Below are positions 48,887 to 57,516 of a stretch of DNA of 64,000 nt, piece after piece. Source of the DNA: an uncultured Candidatus Binatia bacterium (GTDB lineage: Bacteria; Desulfobacterota; Binatia; UBA9968; JAJDTQ01); assembly GCA_965213675.1 (NCBI GenBank), contig OZ243916.1:1568001-1632000 (forward strand), read 5' to 3'. Position 1 is the stretch's first letter. Each line of letters starts with the position of its first letter. The translations under genes and the position numbers were made by a program. Below the pieces are notes generated by a model. It was given only the letters and a program-made list of their open reading frames with translations, made no database searches and was not told where the DNA came from.

Positions 48887-49350
48887 ATGCGCCTGTCATG
48901 GAACGAAGTTCGCGCCCGCGCCGCCGCGTTCGCCGGGGAGTGGAAGGCCGCGGCCTGCGAGAAGGGCGAGACGCAGAGCTTCTATAACGAGTTCTTCCAG
49001 GTCTTCGGAAAGCGTCTTCGCGATGTTGCCCGCTACGAGCAGCATGTCGCCAAGCTCGATAACCGCTCGGGCTTCATCGACCTGTTTTGGCCGGGCGTGC
49101 TGCTCGTTGAACAGAAAAGCGCCGGGCGCGATCTCGGCAAGGCGTATGAGCAGGCCGGCGACTATTTCGACGCGCTGCCGGAACGCGAGCGCCCGCGCTT
49201 CATCCTGGTGAGCGACTTCCAGACCTTCGAGCTTCACGATCTCGACGAGCGTGAGGTTGTGGCCTTCCCGCTTGCGGACCTGCCGGCGCATGTCGAGTCG
49301 TTCGGCTTCATCCTCGGGGTGCAGCGCCGGACGTTCCGCGACCAGGACCA
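48887..49350 (+). pseudogene. MmeI-like (type IIL/IIG) restriction-methylase, N-terminal fragment
   Basis: MRLSWNEVRARAAAF..EW...EKGETQSFYNEFF.VFG, FIDLFWPGVLLVEQKS and PRFILVSDF. Similarity stops at RTFRDQD. Confidence 0.85.
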
Positions 49351-50493
49351 CCTCAACCTACCGACCCTCTCCGCCGCTTCGACAAGGTGCGCATCGTCAA
49401 GGTGGGCGTAGCCGGCGGTCGTGCGGTGGCGGCGGTGCCCGAGGAGCTTGCCCACCAGCGGCAGGTTCTCGCCCGCCATGACGGCTTGGCTGGCTGCCGT
49501 GTGGCGCAGGTCGTGCAGGCGCAGCCTGCCGAGCCCGGCCTCGGCGCAGACCGTCCGCCAGCAGGTCGTGAGGCTCCATTCGCCCCTGCCTTCGGCGTGG
49601 CGCGGGAACAGGAACGCATTCGCCTTGCGCGCGCCGGGCAGCCCCTCGATGAGCGCCCGCGCGACCTCGCCGAGCGGCACGGCGCGCGGGCCAGTCTTCG
49701 AGTCTTCGAGAGCGATGGCATCCTCGCCGATGTCGCGCCAGCGAAGAGCGAGCACTTCGCTCCGGCGGCAGCCGGTGAGCGCGAGCAGCCGGATGGCAGC
49801 GACGGCCTCGGACCAGCGGTCCTCGCGCGCGTCGAGCGCGCGCCCGAGCCGGGCCAGCTCGTCGGTGTCGAGGAACCGGGCAACGTTGTTCCTCGGGTTT
49901 TTCGCGATGCCGAGACAGGGGTTGGAGCCGCGTTCGCGCAATCCCCAGTCCTCAGCCCGGTTCATCATCGCGCGCAGTATCTCGAAGGCGCGGTTGGCCG
50001 CGCCGGGCTTGTCCCTGCTGGCTGCGTCGAACCACGCGGCCACGTCTTGCGCGCCGATGCGGTCGAGAGGCATCCTGCCGAAGGCGGGCAGGATGCGGGC
50101 CTTGAGATAGATGCGCACGGTCCTGCGCCCGGAGGGCTTCCAGTGCGGTTCCGAGCGGCGCAGATACTCGTCCGCAAACGTGCGCAGCGTCGGGGTCTCC
50201 TTCTCGCGTTGGATGTCGTCGGCGGGGTTGTCGGCGGGGTTGTCGCCCGCGCGGATGCGCGCGAGCATGTCGCGGGCGCGGCGGCGGGCCTCCGCAAGCT
50301 CGATCTCGCCGTGGCGAGCGATGACGATGCGGCGGCTCCGTCCCTCGATGCGGGCCTGCACGATCCAGACCTTGCGGCCCGACGGGTGGATGCGGAGCCC
50401 GAAGCCGGTGACCGCCTTGTCGAACAGGATGGTGTCCTTGCCGTTGGACCTGCTCTCGCGGGCAAGGCGCGGGGTGAGGTCAAATGTGGACAT
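49351..50493 (-). mobile_element. Tyrosine integrase 2 (arm-binding plus catalytic domain), extreme C-terminus lost
   Basis: GFGLRI.PSGRKVW arm domain. Full catalytic set: TGCRRSE, DSKTG, HDLRH, LLGH and TAGY. The frame runs on into the antisense of the MmeI fragment. Confidence 0.88.
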
Positions 50494-50518
50494 AGCCGAT
50501 GGGTCCCCTGGGCTGGGT

Positions 50519-51507
50519 CTAGGGACCGGCCTGGGCCGGACGCACGGTGCTGGACGTCGGCCCGCCGCCTTCCTCCCTTCCGGCCAGGGCCGCATGGATG
50601 CGGTTCGATACCCGGTCGGCGGCGTCGGCGGACGGGCGGGAAAGAGATACGGGCAATCGGGGCCGTATCGCGGGATGGCGTCGATCACCGCGCGGGCGGC
50701 GCTCGACAGCCAGACCGTGCGCGGCCCGGACTTCGAATCCGGAAGATGGATGCGCCTGTCCTTGATCCAGTCCCATTCGAGGGAGGCGATCTCGCCGAAG
50801 CGGCAGCCGGTCAGCATCAGCAGCCGGACGATGGCGACGATGTGCGGACACCAGAACTCGTCGCGGGTCAGCACGGCGTTGAGCCGGGCCATTTCCTCCG
50901 CTGTGAGGAACCGCTCCACCGGCTTCACCTTGTAGCGCCTGGTGTTCTTGCACGGATTGGAGTTGTGGGGGCGGTATCCCCAAAGCTCGGCCATGCGCAT
51001 CATGACCGACAGGGTGGGCATGGCGCGGTTGGCGCTGCCGGGCTTGTCGGCCATGGACGCGAACCAGTCCCTGACGTGCTCGACGGCGATGGCGTCCACG
51101 GTCATATGACCGAAGGCGGGCAGGATGTGATTGCGGACGAAATATGCGCTGGCCGTCAGCGTCCGGGGCTTCCAGTGCCGGGCGTAGCGTTCGAGGAACT
51201 CGGCGGCGAAGGCGTCCATCGGATGCCCCGGCGTCCTGGGTCCGTTGTCCGTCTTCGCCGGTTCGATGTAGCTGGCGATCAGCTTTCGGGCCTCGCGCCG
51301 CGCCTCGGGGATGGTCATGGCATCAGCGCTGCCGATGGTGGCGTAGCGCCTACGCCCGCGCACCATGCGGGCCAGGAACCAGGTACGGACTCCGGTGGGC
51401 TGGATGGCGAGCGCGAGTCCGCTCACCACGTCGTCACGGACTTCGTACTTCTTGGCGCGGGGTTTGGCGGCGCGGACGCGCCGGGCGAACGTGGATTGTT
51501 CGGCCAT
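50519..51507 (-). pseudogene. Tyrosine integrase 1 with internal deletion of the catalytic C-terminus, frameshifted into integrase 2
   Basis: Arm domain, TGCRFGE and DSKSG are present but HxxR/H/Y are missing. The likely natural tail ADAADRVSNRIHAALAG is in another frame, ending at 50519. Confidence 0.8.
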
Positions 51508-51740
51508 GGTCGCGGCTCCTCGTTCGGGCCGCGCGGCTGGGCGGTAATGCAGGAAGCAGCCGCGGCGGCGTTTCGTCGGGGAAGCCGCGCGCCGGAGTGG
51601 GACGGGACGGGCCGTAAGGCCCTGTAGTCACGGGACTTTCTGCCCGTTCATGCGAAGGCGGGCGCTGGCGGGAAGGGCACCATCGGTGCGTGGGGTGTGA
51701 GTCCGTCTCCGTTTCTCGCCACCACGAGGCGCCACCGGGG

Positions 51741-51769
51741 TTGACGAAGTAGCCACGGGTGGCTACCGT
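51741..51769 (+). promoter_or_regulatory. Putative TA promoter with operator palindrome
   Basis: TTGACG-N17-TACCGT containing GTAGCCAC-GG-GTGGCTAC, 7 nt before the ATG. Confidence 0.6.
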
Positions 51770-51776
51770 CGCAATC

Positions 51777-52070
51777 ATGCGATCAGTGGGAATCAAGGCA
51801 CTCAACAACAGGTTGAGCCAATACATTCGGTTAGCCGCATCCGGCGAAACCGTTTTGGTCACGGACCGGGATCGAGTCGTAGCGGAAATTGGTCCTCCGA
51901 GAGAGACAAGGAGCCCGTTTCTCGCCGACGCCCTGCTGGCCGAAGCCGTGCGTGCCGGTTGGTTGACGCCGCCGGCCCTGCCAGCCACCGGAGAACCTCC
52001 CGCATCCAAGCCAGTCGCTCCGTTGTGCGACCTGCTTCGCGAATTGGACGACGATAGAAGCGACCGGTGA
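51777..52070 (+). CDS. Phd/YefM-family antitoxin
   Basis: MRSVGIKALNNRLSQYIR.AA.GETVLVTDRDRVVAEI.P. Confidence 0.9.
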   Translation: MRSVGIKALNNRLSQYIRLAASGETVLVTDRDRVVAEIGPPRETRSPFLADALLAEAVRAGWLTPPALPATGEPPASKPVAPLCDLLRELDDDRSDR

Positions 52071-52453
52071 TCTACGTCGATACATCTGTCGCCCTCGCCC
52101 ACCTCCTGGCCGAAGACCAGCGTCCCCCTGCGTCACTGTGGCGCGAAACTCTGGTATCGAGCCGTTTGTTGGAATACGAGGCCTGGACCCGGTTGCACTC
52201 CCGCGGACTTGCGGAGTCCCATGGCGATGCAGCCCGTGGAATCATCGGGCGGCTCGCCCTGCTGGAACTTTCGCCCCCGGTGCTTGCACGCGCTCTGGAG
52301 CCATTTCCCTTACCGCTGCGTACCCTCGACGCGCTGCACTTGGCATCATGCGATTACCTGCGCAACCAAGGCCAGCAAGTCACGTTGGCCAGCTACGACC
52401 GCCGGATGACGGACGTTGCCCACGCTATGGGTATCCCTGTTTTTGAGTTGTAA
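52067..52453 (+). CDS. vapC: VapC/PIN toxin
   Basis: IYVDTSV, LRTLDALHLAS and SYDRRM. GTGA overlap with the antitoxin. Confidence 0.92.
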   Translation: MIYVDTSVALAHLLAEDQRPPASLWRETLVSSRLLEYEAWTRLHSRGLAESHGDAARGIIGRLALLELSPPVLARALEPFPLPLRTLDALHLASCDYLRNQGQQVTLASYDRRMTDVAHAMGIPVFEL

Positions 52454-52819
52454 CTGCGAGGCGTGATCGACCGGGGTGCAGGAATTGTCCGACTCCATCA
52501 GTAGCTCGACCTCGAGTAGTTCTCCAGAAGTTCGTCGAGCAAATCGAGCAATCGACCTGGATAGCCACTCTCCGCGTTCCACTGTGGCATCGCGGCACTC
52601 CTTTCCGAGCCTGGGACCGCGACCATATACGGCACCGCTCCGTTTTACGCGGGCCGAGCATCCGTGTCGAAGGCCGGATGGACTTTGTCCTTGTCCTCAC
52701 GCAGCCGCGTTCCGTCGAAAGGGCGCCGTCAGAATCCCGGCTTCCGTGCGAATCGGCAGCGTAGAACAACCCTCCGCTGGCGCGGCTGGCCATGCGATGT
52801 CAACCCGTGGAAGGCGCCG

Positions 52820-54499
52820 TCACGCCCCGTTCCGCAACACCTTCCCGGTACGCTCCCCGGTGGGCTCGCCGTCCTCCAGCGCCACCTGTCCGTTGACGAG
52901 CACGGTGCGGATGCCGTCCGCCTGTTGCACAAGGCGGGCGGCGCCGCCCGGGAAGTCGTGCATCAACTCGGGCTCGCGGGGGGCCACGGTGGCGGGGTCG
53001 AAGACGACCACGTCGGCAGCCATTCCCTCTTCCAGGCGGCCGCGGTCCGCGATGCCGCAGATGTCGGCCTGCATGGAGGTGAGCTTGCGCACGCCCTCCT
53101 CCAGGGTGAGGTCGCCGCGCTCGCGCACATACTTGGCCAGCAGCAGGGTGCAGTAGCCGAAGCCTGCGTCGATGGCCACGTGGGCGCCGGCATCGGACTG
53201 ACCCAGCACCGTGTAGGGGTTCGCCACGATGGCGCCCACGGCGTCGGCGTCGCCGTTGGTGTGGGCGGTCTGAAAACCGGTTTCCAGGTTCTCCTCCAGG
53301 CACAGGTCCATGAAGGCGTCGAAGACGTCCTTGCCCACGGAGCGGGCGTAGTCGGCCACGTTGGCGCCCTTGAGATGGGCGTTCTTTTCGGTGGCGGGCT
53401 TGACGATGTAGACCAGCTCCCAGCGTTTGTGGAAGGCCGAGGGCGTGGGGTTCTCCACCACCTCCCAGCGGAGCTTTTTCCGCACTTCCGGGTCCTGGAA
53501 CGCCGCCCGGCGCTCCTCGATGGGGCTGAACATGAGGCCGCGCCACGTGGGGAACTCGTCGAACTCCTGGCCGTCGATGAGGTTGAAGCGGTTGTTGAAG
53601 GGCCGGACGTTGGTGTTGGCCCAGGCCTGCGCACCGCGCTCGAAGCCCGCCACCGTGGCGTCCAGCAGCTCGCGCCACTCGTCGGGCTTGGACCACCGGT
53701 GCAGAATGGAGTTCCACACCACCGGACGGCCGGTGCGGAGCGAGAAGTCCGCCAGCGACGCCACCCGCTCGGCGTTCTGGCCCGCGGAACTCATCTGGAT
53801 CACCCCTCGCTTCAGGTCCGTCAGCACCTGCCCCAGCGCTTCCAGCTCTTCCCACTCCGCCAACCGGCTGGGCAGGGGCTCGCCGTCCTCGCGGAAGTGG
53901 CGCTCGTTGCGGTTGGTGGAAAAGCCCAGGAGCCCGGCGTTCAGAGCTTCGCGCAGGAGTCCCTGCATGGCGGCAACCTCGTCCGCGGTGGCGGCGCGCT
54001 TGATGGCGTCGTCGCCCATGACGTACTGGCGCAGCGGGCAATGGCCTACCAACATGCCGACGTTGAGCGCCGGGCGCATGGCCTCCACCGCGTCCATGTA
54101 CCCGGCCATGTCGGTCCAGCTCCATTCCACCGCGCGCCGCAGAAGCTCGATGTCCATGCCTTCCACGTGGGAGAAGGTCTGGAGCAGGATGTCCCGGTCC
54201 TCGGGTTTGCACGGGCCGAGGCTCAAGCCGCAGTTGCCGGTGACGATGCTGGTGACGCCGTGATAGCAGGAGCTGGTCACCTGGGGGTCCCACAGGAGCT
54301 GCGCGTCCATATGCGTGTGGCCGTCGATGAAGCCGGGGGCGGCCACCAGGCCATCGCCGTCCACTTCGCGCCGGGCCGCGCCGGCCTTGCCGCCCACCTG
54401 GCGGATGGTCCCGCCCTCGACGGCCACGTCGCCCGTATGGCGGGGGTTGCCGGTGCCGTCGCAGATGGTCGCGCCGCGAATCACCATATCGTATGCCAT
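52820..54499 (-). CDS. N-acyl-D-amino-acid deacylase family amidohydrolase
   Basis: DGTG, APGFIDGHTH.D, GNCG, SDAGAH and DRGRL..G..AD. Confidence 0.9.
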   Translation of the reverse strand: MAYDMVIRGATICDGTGNPRHTGDVAVEGGTIRQVGGKAGAARREVDGDGLVAAPGFIDGHTHMDAQLLWDPQVTSSCYHGVTSIVTGNCGLSLGPCKPEDRDILLQTFSHVEGMDIELLRRAVEWSWTDMAGYMDAVEAMRPALNVGMLVGHCPLRQYVMGDDAIKRAATADEVAAMQGLLREALNAGLLGFSTNRNERHFREDGEPLPSRLAEWEELEALGQVLTDLKRGVIQMSSAGQNAERVASLADFSLRTGRPVVWNSILHRWSKPDEWRELLDATVAGFERGAQAWANTNVRPFNNRFNLIDGQEFDEFPTWRGLMFSPIEERRAAFQDPEVRKKLRWEVVENPTPSAFHKRWELVYIVKPATEKNAHLKGANVADYARSVGKDVFDAFMDLCLEENLETGFQTAHTNGDADAVGAIVANPYTVLGQSDAGAHVAIDAGFGYCTLLLAKYVRERGDLTLEEGVRKLTSMQADICGIADRGRLEEGMAADVVVFDPATVAPREPELMHDFPGGAARLVQQADGIRTVLVNGQVALEDGEPTGERTGKVLRNGA

Positions 54500-54547
54500 G
54501 GTCAACCCTCCCGATCGAGTGCATCAACAACCCCGCCGCCTCTTCTC

Positions 54548-54598
54548 CTGGATTCCCGCCCCCGATCGGGGTCGAGGGCATGCTTTCGCGGGAATGAC
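54548..54598. repeat. REP-like palindrome, copy 3, with nested inner hairpin
   Basis: GGATTCCCGC-CCCCGATCGGGGTCGAGGGCATGC-TTTCGCGGGAATGAC. Confidence 0.7.
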
Positions 54599-54699
54599 GG
54601 ATGCGGAGGCCTTGCCATGACGGCCGCCGGGGCTTGGTGTTGATTGCCGGAGCCCCGTGTTGGTCGCCGGGGCCTCGTGTTGGTTACCCGACCCTGGTG

Positions 54700-56445
54700 T
54701 TAAATCGACTGAATGATCACGTCCAGCAGAGCCGGCTTGCGCTCTTCCTTGACCACGGCCAGCGCCCGCCGGACCGCTGCCTGAATTTCCGCCGGATCCT
54801 CGATGGGGCCTTCGCTCCACACGCCGAAGGACCTGGCCAGGGTGGCGAAGTCCACCGGCGGGGTCTCCATGCGCATGCCCACGCCCTTGTTCTCCACCGG
54901 GCGGCTGCGCGCCAGCGCCACCCGCTCCTGGTGTTCCTCATCGTTATAATACGTGCGGTTGTTGGTCATGATCATGAGCAGCGGCACGCTGTAACTGGCC
55001 GCGGTCCACAGCGCGCTGTTGGTGAACAGCAGGTCGCCGTCGCGCTGCAGGTCGATGCACACGGTGCCGGTGTCCTTGAGTCCCAGGGCCGCACCCACCG
55101 ACGCTCCCGGCGCGTAGCCCAAGCCGCCGCCGCCGTAGCCGCCCAGGAACGCGTTGGGCTTTTCCCAGTCCCACAGCCGCCGCGGCCAGCCGCGAAAGGA
55201 GCCCGCCACCAGGGTCCAGTCCTCGTCCTTGAGGACCTCCCAGATCTCCTGGGACATGCGCGGCGGCGAGATGGGACGTTCGTCCCAGCGTTTGCGCAGC
55301 ATGGCCTGGCTCTCCTCGCGGATCTCCCGGTGGCGCTGCGCCAGCGCCCGGACGCGGGCGTCCTTCACGGCCTCCCCGGGGCCGCCCCGGCGGCGCACCG
55401 CCTCGGTGAGGGCGGGCACGAACACCTTGGTGTCGGCCAGGATCGGCAGGTCCACCGGGGACAACTCCATGTACTCGGTGGACCAGCTCTTGATGGCGAA
55501 GTCCGCCAGGGTCACGTTGATGATCTTGCAGCCGGGCTGGAACGCGGGCGCGGAGGTCTGGGTTCTGGCATCGTGCCGGTGCAGGGCGCCGTAAAGGTCC
55601 ATGACATCGAGGCCCAGGATAACATCGGCCTCGGCCACCAGCTCCTTCTCTTTCCCGCTGAGGTCCAGGGGATGGGTGTTGGGGAAGTTGTGGCGCGCGC
55701 CCCGGTCCACCACCGCGGCTCCCAACTCTTCAGCCAGTTCCACCAGCGAGAGCATGGATCGGGGATTCCGCCCCAGGTAGTCGGCAATGATGAGCGGGTG
55801 CTGGGCGTCGCACAGCCACGCCGCGGCTTCCTCAATGGCGCCCTGCTCCGCCTGGAGCGGCGCCGGCGGGCGGAACCGGTCCGGCGCCGGCATGCCCGCG
55901 GCCATGGCCTCCGGCAGCCGCGCCTCCTGCAGGTCGAGGTCGAAGCACAGGTATACCGGGCCCTTGGGCTCGGTCATGGCCACCCGGTAGCCCCGCAGGA
56001 TGGAGTTGGACAGCGCCCCCAGGCTCATGGGCTGGTCGTCCAGCTTGACGATGTCGCGCACGAAGTTTCCCTGCACCAGCGCGGTGTGGATCCAGTCGAT
56101 CCAGGGACGCCGCCTGGTGGTGTCCATGGGACCCGTGCCCCCCAGCACCAACACCGGCGTCTTGTCGCACCAAGCGTTGTAGATGGCCATGGACGCATGC
56201 TGCAGCCCCACCACGTCATGCACGATGGCGGCCATGGGTTCGCCCGTGGCCTTGGCATAGCCGTGGGCCACGGCCACCGCGATCTCCTCGTGGCAGCACA
56301 CGATCATCTCCGGGTTCTTGTTGTCGGCATAGTTCACCAGCGAGTCGTGGATGCCGCGAAAACTCGCGCCGGGGTTCAGCGCCGCGTACTTGATGCCCAG
56401 GCTCCTGAGCATGTCCACGATGAGGTCGGAGCCGTATTCAGCCAT
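54700..56445 (-). CDS. Thiamine pyrophosphate-dependent enzyme (acetolactate synthase / benzoylformate decarboxylase-like)
   Basis: NPGASF, HEE.AV..AHGY and TPP motif DGD...NN. Confidence 0.9.
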   Translation of the reverse strand: MAEYGSDLIVDMLRSLGIKYAALNPGASFRGIHDSLVNYADNKNPEMIVCCHEEIAVAVAHGYAKATGEPMAAIVHDVVGLQHASMAIYNAWCDKTPVLVLGGTGPMDTTRRRPWIDWIHTALVQGNFVRDIVKLDDQPMSLGALSNSILRGYRVAMTEPKGPVYLCFDLDLQEARLPEAMAAGMPAPDRFRPPAPLQAEQGAIEEAAAWLCDAQHPLIIADYLGRNPRSMLSLVELAEELGAAVVDRGARHNFPNTHPLDLSGKEKELVAEADVILGLDVMDLYGALHRHDARTQTSAPAFQPGCKIINVTLADFAIKSWSTEYMELSPVDLPILADTKVFVPALTEAVRRRGGPGEAVKDARVRALAQRHREIREESQAMLRKRWDERPISPPRMSQEIWEVLKDEDWTLVAGSFRGWPRRLWDWEKPNAFLGGYGGGGLGYAPGASVGAALGLKDTGTVCIDLQRDGDLLFTNSALWTAASYSVPLLMIMTNNRTYYNDEEHQERVALARSRPVENKGVGMRMETPPVDFATLARSFGVWSEGPIEDPAEIQAAVRRALAVVKEERKPALLDVIIQSI

Positions 56446-56601
56446 GTTGTCTCCCGTCCCGGTTGTCTATCGTACCCACGGCCTGCCGCGTTCGAAGTCT
56501 CCCGCCTTCAAGGTCACACGTTCTCAAAGCGAGATATCAAAGCGCGGAAATCCGCCACGCGCCTCCACTGCACCGCCCCCACAGGACGCCGCGAACCCGC
56601 G

Positions 56602-56648
56602 CCGTTCGTCCTGAGCGTAGCTCCACGTGAGCGTTGCGAAGTCGAAGG
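56602..56648. repeat. Intergenic REP-like element (CGTTCGTCCTGAGC...GTCGAAGG type)
   Basis: Resembles a widespread intergenic repeat family recalled from memory. One clear copy in the window. Confidence 0.45.
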
Positions 56649-56652
56649 TTGC

Positions 56653-57438
56653 TCACTCTCCGCGCCACCGCGGCGCGCGTTTCTCCACAAAGGCCCGCGC
56701 CCCCTCCTTCACGTCCTCGGTGGTCCGCAGCAGCGCCGACAGGTCCGTCTCCAGACGCAGGCCCTCGTCCAGGGACATCTCGTAACCTTCGCGCACCGCC
56801 TCCTTGGCGAACACCACCGCGATGGGCGCCTTGGTGGCGATGGCGCGGGCATACTCCTCGGCCGCGGCCATGAGCCCGTCCCGTGGCACCACCTTGTTCA
56901 CGAGGCCGATGCGGCAGGCCTCCTGGGCATCGATGACGCTGCCCGTGAGGATCAATTCCAGCGCCTTGCCGAGCCCCACCACCCGCGACAGCCGCTGGGT
57001 GCCGCCGCTGCCCGGAATCATGCCGCGGGACACCTCGGGCAACCCCAGCTTCGCTTCTTCCACCGCCACCCGGATGTCGCACGCCAGCGCCAACTCGCAG
57101 CCGCCGCCCAGGGCGAAGCCGTTGATGGCCGCGATCACCGGCTTGTTGAGCCGGGCGATCATCTCGGTGTCGCTGATCTCCATCTTGGCCTGCCGCGCCG
57201 CCACCACGCCGACCTTCTCCTGGGCCGCCTCCTTGAGGTCCCGCCCGGCCGAGAACGAGCGCTCGCCCGCGCCGGTGAGGATCACCACCCGCACCTCTGG
57301 ATCCTGCCGGATGGCGGTCACCGCGTGGATTAGCTCCTCGCGCATCTGCCGGTTGCGCGCGTTCAGCACCTCCGGGCGGTTCAGCGTGACGTACGCAATG
57401 CCGTCCCTGCGTTCGAACAGGATTGCCTTGTAGTCCAT
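56653..57438 (-). CDS. Enoyl-CoA hydratase/isomerase
   Basis: LNRPE..N, FSAGRDL, GGGCELALACD and GLPE (both catalytic Glu), plus GGTQRL. Confidence 0.95.
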   Translation of the reverse strand: MDYKAILFERRDGIAYVTLNRPEVLNARNRQMREELIHAVTAIRQDPEVRVVILTGAGERSFSAGRDLKEAAQEKVGVVAARQAKMEISDTEMIARLNKPVIAAINGFALGGGCELALACDIRVAVEEAKLGLPEVSRGMIPGSGGTQRLSRVVGLGKALELILTGSVIDAQEACRIGLVNKVVPRDGLMAAAEEYARAIATKAPIAVVFAKEAVREGYEMSLDEGLRLETDLSALLRTTEDVKEGARAFVEKRAPRWRGE

Positions 57439-57516
57439 GTTTAATTCCTCTACTCCAAATCCGGCGTCGTTGACAGAGTTGAGCCAGCTTGGGAGCCTGC
57501 GCCTCCCTTGGTCCGG

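Noticed and set aside
52460-52800. Possible gene remnant or att site at the right edge of the integrase/TA region
   Set aside because: No recognisable protein motif, tRNA fragment or matching direct repeat at the left edge could be identified.
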